From positions 6,648 to 70,647 of IMG/VR virus record IMGVR_UViG_3300046791_000443: a stretch of DNA of 64,000 bases; one strand, 5' to 3'. Shown piece after piece: positions 52,725-63,068 of this stretch. The notes beneath the pieces were generated by a model. That model did not search any database and was not told where the DNA came from. It saw nothing but the letters and a program-made list of their open reading frames with translations. The DNA is from a virus. Position 1 is the first letter of the stretch; each line of letters starts with the position of its first letter. Both the position numbers and the translations under genes were made by a program.

Positions 52725-55700
52725 CTAGAGCCCCCTGCTCGCGGTGGCCAGCGCGTCGGCCACGGCATCGTCCGGTGTGTGAAGGAACGCCTTGGTCTCC
52801 TTGCCGTGCCCCTTGCGGATCTGCTCGGCCTTGCGGACCAGGGCGGCGGCCCTGCTCTTGTGATCGAGCTTGAACGTCGTGCGGCCACCAGCGGCGCGCT
52901 TGCCGCGCGCCTTCTCGGTCTCCTTGGCGCCGGCCACCACGCCCGGCATGGCGTAGTAGGCTGAGTCCGCCAGGGCCTGGCCCACGCGCATGGGGTAACT
53001 CGGGTCGGTGTACTTCTCGGCACCGATGCGAAGCATCTTGAGACCGAGCTCCGGGTCGATGATGCCAGCGCGGATCAGGTCGTTGCGACTGGTGATGCCG
53101 GCGAGCTTGGCATTGTGCGCCATCTGCTGAAGCTTCTGCCAGCCGATGTCGGCCGCCTTGATGGCGAGGCCCGGCCAGATACCCTGCAGCCCGCCGATGA
53201 TCGTGAAGTCACGAAGGTTCTTCGGCTGGAACGGCGCCTTCTCCGCAGCAAAGGCCCGATCGATCGCTTCCAGGTTGCCCGCCGTGATCGAGTTCTGGCG
53301 CAGCTTGCCGGGGATGGCGACGTTCTCGTGCGCGGCCTGGCTGGAGAAGTCCTTCGCCAGCGCCTCCCACACCTTCATGTGCTCGGCGGTGAAGCCGGCC
53401 GCCTCGAGGACGGCGCGGTTGCTGTTCATCAGCTTGAGGAACTTCGGACCGTTGAACGTGTGCGGGTTGCCGGCGACCTGGTCGATCGAGCCGCCGAACA
53501 TGTTCTCGATGAGGAGATGCTTCATGCCCTCGACCACATCGGGCGGCGCGTCCTTCATGAAGGCCTGCAGCTTGGACGGGCCGTTGCGCGGATCCCCCAT
53601 GATGTCACCGACGATGGCGCGGCTCGCCTCGGCGCCCTTGGCGCCGCTGCGCTCGTCGATGAATTTCCGCGCCAGCTCCGACTGCACGTTGGCGACGTTC
53701 TGGAACTTGGCCATGAAGCCCGGCTGCGCCTCCTCGAGCGCCGCCAGCGAGCCGCCGTACTTCTCGAGGAATTTTTGCACTGACTTGGGCGTGATGCGGG
53801 TGACGGTGCCGCCCTCGGCCGTCTGCATCGTCTCGCCCATGCTCTGCAGCAGCGCGACAGCGTGATCCTGCAGCGCGCTGATCGCCTCGGGCGCGTTGTT
53901 GGTCGCCTGGAGCACCTTGCGGGTGACCTCGGCGCCGGTGTCGATGCCGCCTCCCGTCTTCCCAGGGAACGCCTTCGCCGCCAGCTTGCCGGCGTCGCTC
54001 TCGCCGGCGCCGATGATGCCGCGCACCAGGGAGTTGTCGAAGATGTTGGCCTGCTGGACGCGGTTCGCCAAAGCCGCCTGGAGATCGCCCGCCGCCTGCG
54101 GCGTGAGGTTGGGCTCGCCCGGCACCGCCGATGTCGGCCCGGCCTCCTCGACGTCGAGCTTGGCCAGGCGCGCCGCCAGCGTGTCGCCCTCCTTCATCTT
54201 GCCCTGCTTCACCAGCTCGGCTTCGTGCGCAGCCTGGTTGGCGACCGCGTTCTTGACGTCGCCCATGGCGGCGTCGCGCAGGATCTTGTAGTGCCGGTGC
54301 GCCCCTGGGTCGCCCTGGCTGGTCGCCGTCGGTGCCGTCTCGCGGACCTTGAGATTGATCTCCTTGAGGTAGGCCTGGAGATCGTTGAAGCCGACGACCT
54401 TCGGCCAGGTCGTGGCGCGATCGAGGTAAGTCTTGACGCCCGGCGACGGCGCGCCACCGAAGCCGGGGCGTTCCTCGGCGGCGATCGTCTTGACCGCCTC
54501 CTGCACGCCCGGCGTCAGCAGCTGGAACTGATCGTGCGGATCGATCGCGTTGTAGAGCCGGCTGGTCTGCTGCTTGAACCACTTCCAGTACTCGGTGGCC
54601 TTCTGCTTCAGGAGGCCGCCGGCCTCACCCGCCGCCATCGGGTCACCGAGCTTCGACACACCCTCGTCGAGCGCCCGCTGCCGCTCCTCGACGAACTGCG
54701 CCACCGCAAGCGGCGATGAGTCAGGGTCGAGCGTTCCCTTGCCGGCCTCGACGCGGCCCTGGGCGCGGTCGGTCTTCACATCGTCGATCGTGCGCGCAGC
54801 GCCCGCCTCGCTACCTTCCGGCAGCGGCTTGCCTTCCGCTCGCGCGGCGCGCTCGAGCGCAGCCAGGCCCTCGTCACCGGTCAGCTCAGCGATCGTCTTG
54901 GTGCCTTGCGGCAGCACACGATTTGGCGCGCCTGGACCGTGCTCGCCCTCGGCCACCTGGCCCTCGATCAGGCCGCCCGTCTCGTCGGCCATCTTGGCCT
55001 TTTCGTAGAGCGCCTGCTTGTCCTTGGCCGCGGCGGTCCTGGCCAGCTCGCGCGACGCCTCGCGGAAGGTCTGGTCGGGGCTGGTCTTCGGCATGTAGCG
55101 ATCCTTGGCGTAGCGAGCGCCCTGGACGCCGAACGGCAGCGCGAACGATGTGATCAGCCCTGGGTTGGGATTATTCGGTGAGACGTCGTTGACCACATCG
55201 GTCGCCACGCCGGTGCCGAAGCCGGTCGCCAGGGCGCCGAACCCGGCGCCAGGCGACAACAGCATCGGCATCGCCATCTCGCCGCCGGCCCTGATCTTCT
55301 TACCGACCCAGCTCTTCGGCTCGTACTCACCGACCAGCGGCTTGAAGGTCTCCTTGTAGATGCTCTCGGCGGTCTCACCCAGCGGGTGCGCCTTCTCCTT
55401 GTCGATGAAGTACTTCAGGCCCCACTTGTTGGCGCCGTCGGGCATGGCGTCGTAGGCGCGCTGCCAGGCGGCCATCTTCCGCTCGTGCGCCTCCATCCGC
55501 TCTTTTTCATTTCGCTCCAGGATCTCCTTGGTCGTGGTGGGCCCGCTCCAGATCGACTGCACGCCGGCGCCGATCGCGCGGCCGGTGTCCATGACGCCCT
55601 GGCCGATGCCCTTCATGCCGGCGACGCCCTTGAGGACTGTCGTGGCGATGTTCTTGGCGCCGCCCAGGGGATCGTCGGCGCTGCTGTTGCCAAGCATGCC

Positions 55701-55853
55701 GGGGCGCATGGCAGCGAGATCCTCGTCCGACATGCCTTCGGTGCCTGGAAGCTTGTAGCCAGGCGGCTCGGCAGCCTTGTCCGTCGCGGCCTTGGCGGCA
55801 GCCGCCTTGGCTTTTGCTTCGGCATCGAGCTGGGCGAGTTCTTCGTCGGTCAT
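52725..55853 (-). CDS. Internal virion / DNA ejection protein
   Basis: About 1040 aa, Ala-rich helical, hydrophobic GxxxG segments, at the end of the tail operon. Confidence 0.6.
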   Translation of the reverse strand: MTDEELAQLDAEAKAKAAAAKAATDKAAEPPGYKLPGTEGMSDEDLAAMRPGMLGNSSADDPLGGAKNIATTVLKGVAGMKGIGQGVMDTGRAIGAGVQSIWSGPTTTKEILERNEKERMEAHERKMAAWQRAYDAMPDGANKWGLKYFIDKEKAHPLGETAESIYKETFKPLVGEYEPKSWVGKKIRAGGEMAMPMLLSPGAGFGALATGFGTGVATDVVNDVSPNNPNPGLITSFALPFGVQGARYAKDRYMPKTSPDQTFREASRELARTAAAKDKQALYEKAKMADETGGLIEGQVAEGEHGPGAPNRVLPQGTKTIAELTGDEGLAALERAARAEGKPLPEGSEAGAARTIDDVKTDRAQGRVEAGKGTLDPDSSPLAVAQFVEERQRALDEGVSKLGDPMAAGEAGGLLKQKATEYWKWFKQQTSRLYNAIDPHDQFQLLTPGVQEAVKTIAAEERPGFGGAPSPGVKTYLDRATTWPKVVGFNDLQAYLKEINLKVRETAPTATSQGDPGAHRHYKILRDAAMGDVKNAVANQAAHEAELVKQGKMKEGDTLAARLAKLDVEEAGPTSAVPGEPNLTPQAAGDLQAALANRVQQANIFDNSLVRGIIGAGESDAGKLAAKAFPGKTGGGIDTGAEVTRKVLQATNNAPEAISALQDHAVALLQSMGETMQTAEGGTVTRITPKSVQKFLEKYGGSLAALEEAQPGFMAKFQNVANVQSELARKFIDERSGAKGAEASRAIVGDIMGDPRNGPSKLQAFMKDAPPDVVEGMKHLLIENMFGGSIDQVAGNPHTFNGPKFLKLMNSNRAVLEAAGFTAEHMKVWEALAKDFSSQAAHENVAIPGKLRQNSITAGNLEAIDRAFAAEKAPFQPKNLRDFTIIGGLQGIWPGLAIKAADIGWQKLQQMAHNAKLAGITSRNDLIRAGIIDPELGLKMLRIGAEKYTDPSYPMRVGQALADSAYYAMPGVVAGAKETEKARGKRAAGGRTTFKLDHKSRAAALVRKAEQIRKGHGKETKAFLHTPDDAVADALATASRGL

Positions 55854-58800
55854 TACTTCACCGGTTGCCACTTCTTGATGGGGCCCTGCCAGACGTAGGT
55901 GACGCCACCAACGACCGTCGTCGTCTCGCCGGCCACGCGCTCTGCTTCGACGGGCACACCCGGCAACGACACCGCGCCTTCACGCGCCGGTGTCGCCTTG
56001 GGCGGTGAGGCCCACATGTTCTTCGGGTCACTCTGCCACTGCTGCCAGGGGACGGTGTAGTCCGTCGTGTAGGGCAGCGGCTGGCCATCCTTGTCCCTGA
56101 TCGCCTGCGGCGAGCGCATCTGGATGTCGGCGCGCCGCTCCATCAGCTCGAGCATCGTCTTGATCGCCTCGGGCGTCAGGTTGACCGATGGTGTGCCTTC
56201 GGTGGCCTGCGTGAACGAGCCCTGGTGCAGCGCCGACCCCGGCACGGCATTCTGGGCGGCGAGACCCTGCAACGCGAACTGCAGCTTCCTCGACTCCTCG
56301 ACCGCCGCGGCATCCGTGCCCGTGGCCTTCTTGACGTCGATCGGATCGAGGCCGAGGTACTGCAAGCCTGCCGCGATGGCGGACGCCTGCCCGGCATAGA
56401 CGCCGAGCTTGGTCGTCGGCGTCAGCTTCGGCTTGCCGTTCTCGTCGACCGCCGGCAGGCCAGTCTTCGTGTCGGTGTCCTGGGTGAACAGGGTGTTGCG
56501 GAACGTGTTGACCAGCTGCTTGGCCTGCAGCCCCTGCTGGTGCTCTTTGGCGAGCTGTTCCTTGAGCGCGTTGTTGGTCGCGAAGATGTTCTTGTTGCGC
56601 TCCTCCTCGCCCCTCCGCTCGACCGTCCCCGGCGTGATGCTGCCCGAGACCTTGCCGGTGTCGTCGACCGACGAGGTGACGCCCGTGGTGACACGCGCCT
56701 TGTCGAGATCGTCGGCCTTCTTGTAGAGCTCCTCGGCAACATCACCCAGGCCAGCGGCTGCGGCCTCGGCCGCCCTGGCACGCAGCCCGGCGGGATCCTG
56801 GCTGAGTTGCGCCGCACCGACACCAGGCGGGAGATCCTTGGGCGGCGTGGTCGGCGGCGGCGGACGCTTCATGGCCCCCGCAGGCGGCGGTGGCGGCTCG
56901 GGGCGAAACTGGGCCAGCTGGACCGGCGGCTGCTCCTCCTCTTCGCCGGTCACTGAGCCGGCATCCTGCTTGCGGATCCGCTTGGGCATGTAGAGATGAG
57001 CACGCCCACCGAAGCGGCGCGTCGAGGGTCCGGCCGCCTCGGCGCGCCGTGCGGCGGCCAGGGCTTCGGTGAGCCGCTCCCATTCCTTCTGCTCGTCGGC
57101 GTTCCTGCCGCGACCGCGGGTGCTGGCCTCGAAATTCTTGAGCTCCTGGTCGGCCCGATCGACGGCCGCCTTGAGCACCGACATGCCGCCCTGGCTCCCG
57201 GCCGCCACCTTGCGGCGCTCCCACTCGAGAAGCGACTGCGTGAACTCGGGTGTCACGCCGAGGGACTTGCCATCCCTGCCGAGCGCATTGCCGCTGCGTG
57301 CCCGCTCGAGGGCAGCGTCAGCCTCGCGCATGCGCCGCTCGCGCTCGGCCGGATCCTGCGTCGACATGGCGTTGTGATAGAGTGCCACGAAGTCGTCGCG
57401 CGGCGAGACGGCATTGCTGAAGGCCTGGATGGCGGGTGACTGCGTCTTGAGATAGTCGGTGTAGCCGGCGGGCCTGGTGTCGATGTTGGCGCCCGACATG
57501 CCGACCAGTTCCAGATACTTGTTGCGCATCTGGTTGTAGATCTTGTCGTAGGCCGACACATCGGCGCGGGGGTCGGCGGCCAGGATGCCGGAACGCTCGC
57601 GGCTGATGTTGGTCATCGCCTCGGAGATCTTGCCGGCCTGGGCGATCGACTGCGTCTGCTTGCTGATGTCGAGCTGCTGCTGGCGCTGGCCCCATGTCGC
57701 GTACTGCGGCGCCGCCGCCTGGAGGCCCTCACCGATCGCCACACCGAGCCACGGCGACTTCGACGCCATCATGTTGCCGACGAAGCTCAGCCCAGGGACG
57801 ATGTAGCGTTCGTTGCGATCGAGCCAGTCGCCGGCGTCGCCCCACAGGCTCTTCGCCTTGGGCGTCGCGGCACCGAGACCACTGGCCGACGGTTCGATCG
57901 GCGGTGCGCCCGTGCCGGGGTCTGTCTTGGCACCACCAACACCCTTCTCCAGGGGCTTGCCCATGCGCTGGCCGGAGATCTTCCACAGGTAGTCCTGGGT
58001 CTCAGCCGGCAGGAACTTGCTCCACTCGGCGCCACCCTTCCTGACCGCCTCGGTCACGGCGCCGGGGCCGGCGTTGTAGGCCGCCGCCGCCTTGTAGCTG
58101 TCTCCGAACACCCGCAGCTGCTCGTTGTAGTAGGCCGTGCCGAGCGAGCGGTTGTAGTCCTCGGCTGCCTTGTCCTTGACCGGGTCGCCGGTCTTCGGCT
58201 GGTTGAAGAGATCCGGCCGCCATTCGACACCAGCCAGGCGCGCCGCCTCGGGGCCTGTCTTGGGCATCACCTGCATGATGCCGACCGCGCCCGCCGTCGA
58301 TGTCGTCGGCTTGCCCTCCTTGTTGAAGTGGCTGTTGGAGCTCTCGATCGTCGGGATGCGACCGAGGACGCCCTGCCCGCTGTTGAAGGCCTTGTCCTTG
58401 TCATCGGTCGACGCCACAGGCGGCTGAGCGGGCGGGACGGGGTCCGGTGGCGACGGCACGCCGCCCTCGTTGATGTCGCCCATGCTCGTCCGCTCTGCAT
58501 TCGCGACGGCCTGCGCACCGCCGACACCAGGTGTCGGGGACGGTGGCACCACGACAGGAGGCGCTCCAGGAGGCCTGCCAGCCCCGCCCACGCCTGGTGG
58601 CGGCGCGGCCGACGGAGGCGCTCCAGGGGGCTCATCCAGCCTCTGGCGGGGCCTCTGATCGGCCCCACCCAGGCCGGGGGCCGGTGGCTTCAGGCGCTCG
58701 AGCAGCTGGTCGCGCTCGGTGTCCTCGGGCGTGATCTCCCGGCGCAGGCCCTGGGCGTTGCTCGCCTCGGTCGCCATCAGGCGGGCGCGCTCCTCCTCGG

Positions 58801-61800
58801 TCATGTCGTCCGGCCCGCCGCCGAACTGGAAGCCGGCCCGGCCGCCGGTCGCCAGTCGGGTCTTGCCCGGCTTGCGGTCGGGATGGATCTCTTTGACGAA
58901 GTGATCGTAGGCGCCGTAGGCGTTGTCGCGCCGGTCACGGGCCCGGCGGGCGCCCACCAGGGTGGTGGCCTTGCCGACCAGCTTGTGGCCCTGGGAACGC
59001 GAGAAGATGCCGTAGGCGACCGGCGTGGTCGCGGCCGCGCCCAGGCCAGGACTCAATTCCTCGGTGGGCTCCTCGGGCACCTCGCCGCCCTCGGCGTAGG
59101 CCGCGCCACCACGCCGGAGCTCGTCAGCTGCAGCGCCTGCCATGCTGATGAAGGGTGCAAAGGCCGCCCCGCCAGGGATCAGGGACGCGCCAGCTGCCGC
59201 CAGGCCGCCCACCATTTTGCCGGTGCTGCTCTTCTTTTTGCCGCTGCCGGCAGCCTCGGCGACCTTGGGGTCGGGCGGCTTGGGTGCATTGTCGGCCACA
59301 GCTGGATCATAGCTGCCCTCGGGCACGACGCTGGTGCTGCCGAAGGGCATGTCGACGTCCTCGACATCGCCGCCTTTCGAGTACTTCGACCAGTCAGCGA
59401 TCTCGTTGCCGATGCCGCTGGCCTCGGTGGTGTTGTCGCGCTCGTCGAGCCAGCCGTAGCGCGAGCTGTCGCCGCCGCGGCCGAACAGGCCGCCGGTCTC
59501 TGGCTCGTAACCCTTGGTGCCCGGCGTGCCCTTGGCCTCGCTGCCGAACAGGGCCGCCTTGCCGGACTTGTAGGCCCCCTTGGCGTCGCTCCCCAGGTCG
59601 CTGATCTTCCTGGCGCTGCTGACGCCCTCGTCGACTGTCGACTTGGGTGCCGCCTGCTGCTTCATCTCGGGCGGCTTGACCAGGGTCGAGGCCTTGGCCG
59701 GCTGGGCGTTCACGATCCCGGCATTGCCGACGCCAGCGGCGTTCTTGCCGGTCCAGGGCGCGTCGCCGTAGGCCGCCCGCTGGGCCTCCAGGATGGCGTC
59801 CAGGCTGCCAAAACCGCCCGTGTAGCCACCGACCGAGCCACCCTTGGCGTAAGTACCGCCCGTGCCGCCGCCCGTGGCGTCGCCTCCACCAGTACCACCG
59901 CCGCCGCCCGCACCGGGACCACCAGGGCCAGCGCCACCGCCGCCCTCGCCCACACCGTTGCCCGACCCGGCGCTGCCACCGTCCCCGGCAAAGGCCGACC
60001 CGCCAGGGGGCAGCGCCCCGTAGTGGTAACCGTAGCCCGGCGTGTAGAGCAGGAGCCGGTCGTCACCACCTCCTGCAGCCGCTGCAGGGGCCGCTGGAGC
60101 GGGTGTGGGCGTCGAGCCTGTCGGTAGCGCCCCGCTGCTGGGCGGGCTCCCAGGCATGTTTATACCGTCCTGGGAGGGCGGACCGCCGTTGTGGCCCATG
60201 CCCGGCGCGTTGGCGGCCAGGGAGGCGCGCTGCAGGCCGACGATGTCGCTGATGCTGCCGCCCGTGGACGGCGTCGGTCCGGCCGTCGGCATGGTCGCCG
60301 GCTGGCCCAGGACACCGACCCCCGGCGCCAAGCCGGGCTGCGGCGGCTCGTAGCCGAAGACGTCGCTGCCCAGAGGCCCGCCCGCGGCCTTGTGGGGCCG
60401 CGCCGAGGCGTCGGTGGCGCCGGCGTAATCGACAGTCTTGATGCCGCCCTCGCTGCCGACCGCCTCGGGGTGTTTCTTCTCGACGTCCTGGGCCGACAGG
60501 CCGATCTGGGGCTGGTTGGTGCCCTTGTAGTTGAACCGGATGATCGGGATCCCGTCGTGCGTCGCGCCGATCGTCTCGATGTTCTCCTTGACGCGCTCGT
60601 CGGAGAAGAACGGCTGCGGCTGCCAGGCACCGGCATAGGCGCTCGAGCCCGAGAGCGGGCCCGTGCCCATGACGGCATTGGTGTAGAACTGGCTGGTCTG
60701 GAACGGGTAGCCACGCTCCTGCATCCACTGGTTATAGAGGGCGCTGTCCTGCGCCTGCTGGGTCTGCTGCTGCAGCGAGCCGAAGCCGATCTGGCCCTGG
60801 GCGGTCTGCAGGTTCTGCCCGAACGCCTGGTTGGCCAGCGCCGCCTGCTTGGCCGCGACGTCGCCGTACATGCCGTAGTTGGCAGCACCCAGGCCCTGCT
60901 GCGCCTGCCCGGCGCCGATGCCCTGGCCGTAGGCCTGCTGGCCCATCTGGCCGGTGAAGGCGGCCTGGCCCATGCCCTGCTGGTAGAGCTGGTTGGCGGC
61001 GCCCAGGCCCTGGGCGTAGCCCTGCTGGCCGATGTTGGCGAGCTGGCCGCTGCCCCACTGGCTGGCGGCACGGTTGGCCTGGGCAGCGCCCAGGCCGACG
61101 CCCTGCTGCTGCTGCGCGGCACTGAGAGCCGTGTTGAAGTTTTGCTGGTTGAGGCCCGACAGGACGCTGCCGGTGGCCATGTTCTGCTGGTTGACCAGGT
61201 TGGCGTTGGCCACGCCCGATCGATCGCCGCCGAAGCTGCCCTCGCGGATCATGTTGCCGCGCTGGTCGTTGCGCTGCTGGGCCTGCTGCTGGTTCAGCTG
61301 GGCCATCGTGGCCTGCGTCACCTGCTGCTGGAACGGATTGTAGAACTGGTTGAGGTTGAGCTGGCTCGGGTCGACGTTGGCCATGCCAAGACCGGCCATG
61401 CCGGTGGCCGCCTGGTTGTAGCCCTGGGCGCCCTGGTAGGCGTTCTGGGTCATGGGCGCGGCGCCGCGGTAGGCCTGGGCCGCCTGCCCGAGGCCGGCAC
61501 TGGTGAGCGCCTGGCCCTGCGCCTGGCCGGTGTTGATCGAGCCGCTCGCCTGGTTCATCAGCGGCTGTGCCGCACCGACACCCTGCTGGATCGACTGGTT
61601 GGGCGCCGCCCACCCGGCATCGGTGTACGACTGCCCATTCATCATGGTGCCGTAGCCGGCCTGCTGGGTCTCGTTGACGGGCGCTACGAACTGGCCGTTG
61701 TAGTTCTGCCAGGGGATCTTGGAGACCTCTTCGGCGCGGTTGGTCGCCTGGTTGTAGCGCGCCATGACCTCCGGCGGGATCTGCACGCCAGAGTATTGGG

Positions 61801-61834
61801 TCGAGGTGCCGGAGCCACCTTTGCCGCCGCCCAT
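55853..61834 (-). CDS. Large internal virion / ejection protein with an S74-type chaperone domain and a lytic transglycosylase domain
   Basis: MGGGKGG start and Q/G/A-rich pilot-like region; SDERVKENI...IG..AQDVE...PEAV...VDY; IES...AGAVGIMQVMP.T...AAYNAGPG. Confidence 0.8.
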   Translation of the reverse strand: MGGGKGGSGTSTQYSGVQIPPEVMARYNQATNRAEEVSKIPWQNYNGQFVAPVNETQQAGYGTMMNGQSYTDAGWAAPNQSIQQGVGAAQPLMNQASGSINTGQAQGQALTSAGLGQAAQAYRGAAPMTQNAYQGAQGYNQAATGMAGLGMANVDPSQLNLNQFYNPFQQQVTQATMAQLNQQQAQQRNDQRGNMIREGSFGGDRSGVANANLVNQQNMATGSVLSGLNQQNFNTALSAAQQQQGVGLGAAQANRAASQWGSGQLANIGQQGYAQGLGAANQLYQQGMGQAAFTGQMGQQAYGQGIGAGQAQQGLGAANYGMYGDVAAKQAALANQAFGQNLQTAQGQIGFGSLQQQTQQAQDSALYNQWMQERGYPFQTSQFYTNAVMGTGPLSGSSAYAGAWQPQPFFSDERVKENIETIGATHDGIPIIRFNYKGTNQPQIGLSAQDVEKKHPEAVGSEGGIKTVDYAGATDASARPHKAAGGPLGSDVFGYEPPQPGLAPGVGVLGQPATMPTAGPTPSTGGSISDIVGLQRASLAANAPGMGHNGGPPSQDGINMPGSPPSSGALPTGSTPTPAPAAPAAAAGGGDDRLLLYTPGYGYHYGALPPGGSAFAGDGGSAGSGNGVGEGGGGAGPGGPGAGGGGGTGGGDATGGGTGGTYAKGGSVGGYTGGFGSLDAILEAQRAAYGDAPWTGKNAAGVGNAGIVNAQPAKASTLVKPPEMKQQAAPKSTVDEGVSSARKISDLGSDAKGAYKSGKAALFGSEAKGTPGTKGYEPETGGLFGRGGDSSRYGWLDERDNTTEASGIGNEIADWSKYSKGGDVEDVDMPFGSTSVVPEGSYDPAVADNAPKPPDPKVAEAAGSGKKKSSTGKMVGGLAAAGASLIPGGAAFAPFISMAGAAADELRRGGAAYAEGGEVPEEPTEELSPGLGAAATTPVAYGIFSRSQGHKLVGKATTLVGARRARDRRDNAYGAYDHFVKEIHPDRKPGKTRLATGGRAGFQFGGGPDDMTEEERARLMATEASNAQGLRREITPEDTERDQLLERLKPPAPGLGGADQRPRQRLDEPPGAPPSAAPPPGVGGAGRPPGAPPVVVPPSPTPGVGGAQAVANAERTSMGDINEGGVPSPPDPVPPAQPPVASTDDKDKAFNSGQGVLGRIPTIESSNSHFNKEGKPTTSTAGAVGIMQVMPKTGPEAARLAGVEWRPDLFNQPKTGDPVKDKAAEDYNRSLGTAYYNEQLRVFGDSYKAAAAYNAGPGAVTEAVRKGGAEWSKFLPAETQDYLWKISGQRMGKPLEKGVGGAKTDPGTGAPPIEPSASGLGAATPKAKSLWGDAGDWLDRNERYIVPGLSFVGNMMASKSPWLGVAIGEGLQAAAPQYATWGQRQQQLDISKQTQSIAQAGKISEAMTNISRERSGILAADPRADVSAYDKIYNQMRNKYLELVGMSGANIDTRPAGYTDYLKTQSPAIQAFSNAVSPRDDFVALYHNAMSTQDPAERERRMREADAALERARSGNALGRDGKSLGVTPEFTQSLLEWERRKVAAGSQGGMSVLKAAVDRADQELKNFEASTRGRGRNADEQKEWERLTEALAAARRAEAAGPSTRRFGGRAHLYMPKRIRKQDAGSVTGEEEEQPPVQLAQFRPEPPPPPAGAMKRPPPPTTPPKDLPPGVGAAQLSQDPAGLRARAAEAAAAGLGDVAEELYKKADDLDKARVTTGVTSSVDDTGKVSGSITPGTVERRGEEERNKNIFATNNALKEQLAKEHQQGLQAKQLVNTFRNTLFTQDTDTKTGLPAVDENGKPKLTPTTKLGVYAGQASAIAAGLQYLGLDPIDVKKATGTDAAAVEESRKLQFALQGLAAQNAVPGSALHQGSFTQATEGTPSVNLTPEAIKTMLELMERRADIQMRSPQAIRDKDGQPLPYTTDYTVPWQQWQSDPKNMWASPPKATPAREGAVSLPGVPVEAERVAGETTTVVGGVTYVWQGPIKKWQPVK

Positions 61835-61837
61835 GCG

Positions 61838-62350
61838 CTACTCCGTCGAAGCACCACCCACCGCTTCCCCGGTGCGCGCGTTGTAGAGAAAGTAGGCTCC
61901 GGCTGGCTCACCGAAGTGTCGCTTGTACAGCCGGATCTTGGCCTCGGTCCGGCTGTTGCTTAACACCCCGATCAGCAGCGGCATGCCCATGCGGTCAGCC
62001 ACACGCTTGCTGAACTCGCACATCCTGCTCGCGCGGCCGCCCTTGGCGGACCGGTAATCGGGATGAATGAAAATGGCACGTTCCTCGATAACGCGATCGT
62101 CTGAGTACCACGGCGCGACGATCCGCAACAGCACGGCGCCCTGCGGCGGACCGTCAGGCGGGCCGATCAGGCCCATGATGCCGTGGTTGAGATTGAGCGC
62201 CTGCCAGACATCGTCGAGCAGCTTGAGCTCGTTGGGATTGACGAAGCCGTTCTCCCTGGTCGCCAGGCGCGTGAGATCCATGACATCGTGAACGTCATCG
62301 GGCGTGCCGGTGCGCACGACGAGCTCGGCAGCGGGCACCACGGTGTCCAT
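61838..62350 (-). CDS. GNAT-fold tail assembly protein
   Basis: VR..TPDD, FIHPDYRSAKGG; position just before the ejection proteins. Confidence 0.6.
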   Translation of the reverse strand: MDTVVPAAELVVRTGTPDDVHDVMDLTRLATRENGFVNPNELKLLDDVWQALNLNHGIMGLIGPPDGPPQGAVLLRIVAPWYSDDRVIEERAIFIHPDYRSAKGGRASRMCEFSKRVADRMGMPLLIGVLSNSRTEAKIRLYKRHFGEPAGAYFLYNARTGEAVGGASTE

Positions 62351-63066
62351 CAATCCTTCGCCGGGCCGGGCAGGTTCTTCAGCGTCTTGATGTGGCCGGC
62401 GCGCACCTGCTTGATGAACTCGTCGATGATGGCGTGGCCGTCATCGCGATCCTCCGAGCCGCAGCAACGGGCCAGGTACTCGACCTCCTCCGGCGAGATC
62501 ACATGCTCGCCACCGGCGGCGATGATCGGCACGCCCCTGGTGCGGCCGCCCTTGGCCTTGCCCTCCGGCGAGCCTACGCCGTAGGGCAGCCCGCTGCCGA
62601 ACTTGCCGTGCGGTGTGCCCTTGGTGATGTTGGGCACGCTGAACAGATCCTTGACGATCTTGAAGCCCGAGACGGTGTTGCCCTCGCCCAGGGCCGAGAC
62701 GACGTCGGCCGGCAGCACATGCGAGCCGCTGGGGACATGCATCGGCAGATGATCGGTGCGCCCGCTGACCTTGCTCGAGATCGCACCGATGTGGGTCTTG
62801 GGCTCGGCCACCCTGGGCATGGCCTTGAGGTTGAAGGGCTCGTCCTGGAACTCGTGACCGAAGCGGGTCTCGTGCCTGGTGTGGCTGTAGTCGAGATGCG
62901 TCTTGTCGAAGTCATCGGCACCGCCGTCGGCGCGCTTCTTGCGCCGCATCGCCTCGGCCACGCTGAGCGCCGCGGCGATCGCCTGGTTCTGCGGATGACC
63001 CGAGTGAACCATCTCGCTGATGTTGTGGCTGACCGTCTTCTGGCCCGATCCTTTCTTGAGAGGCAT
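62350..63066 (-). CDS. Conserved virion-associated protein (MPLKKG...QAIA.AL N-terminus; GRTD.LP...PADVV and GGE.VI motifs)
   Basis: Start MPLKKGSG at 63066; two related motifs VPSGSHVLPADVV and AAGGEHVISPEEV. Confidence 0.7.
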   Translation of the reverse strand: MPLKKGSGQKTVSHNISEMVHSGHPQNQAIAAALSVAEAMRRKKRADGGADDFDKTHLDYSHTRHETRFGHEFQDEPFNLKAMPRVAEPKTHIGAISSKVSGRTDHLPMHVPSGSHVLPADVVSALGEGNTVSGFKIVKDLFSVPNITKGTPHGKFGSGLPYGVGSPEGKAKGGRTRGVPIIAAGGEHVISPEEVEYLARCCGSEDRDDGHAIIDEFIKQVRAGHIKTLKNLPGPAKD

Positions 63067-63068
63067 CG

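Noticed and set aside
60700-61800. Gln/Gly/Ala-rich stretch as a tandem DNA repeat
   Set aside because: Low-complexity coding sequence typical of pilot or ejection proteins; no regular nucleotide period seen
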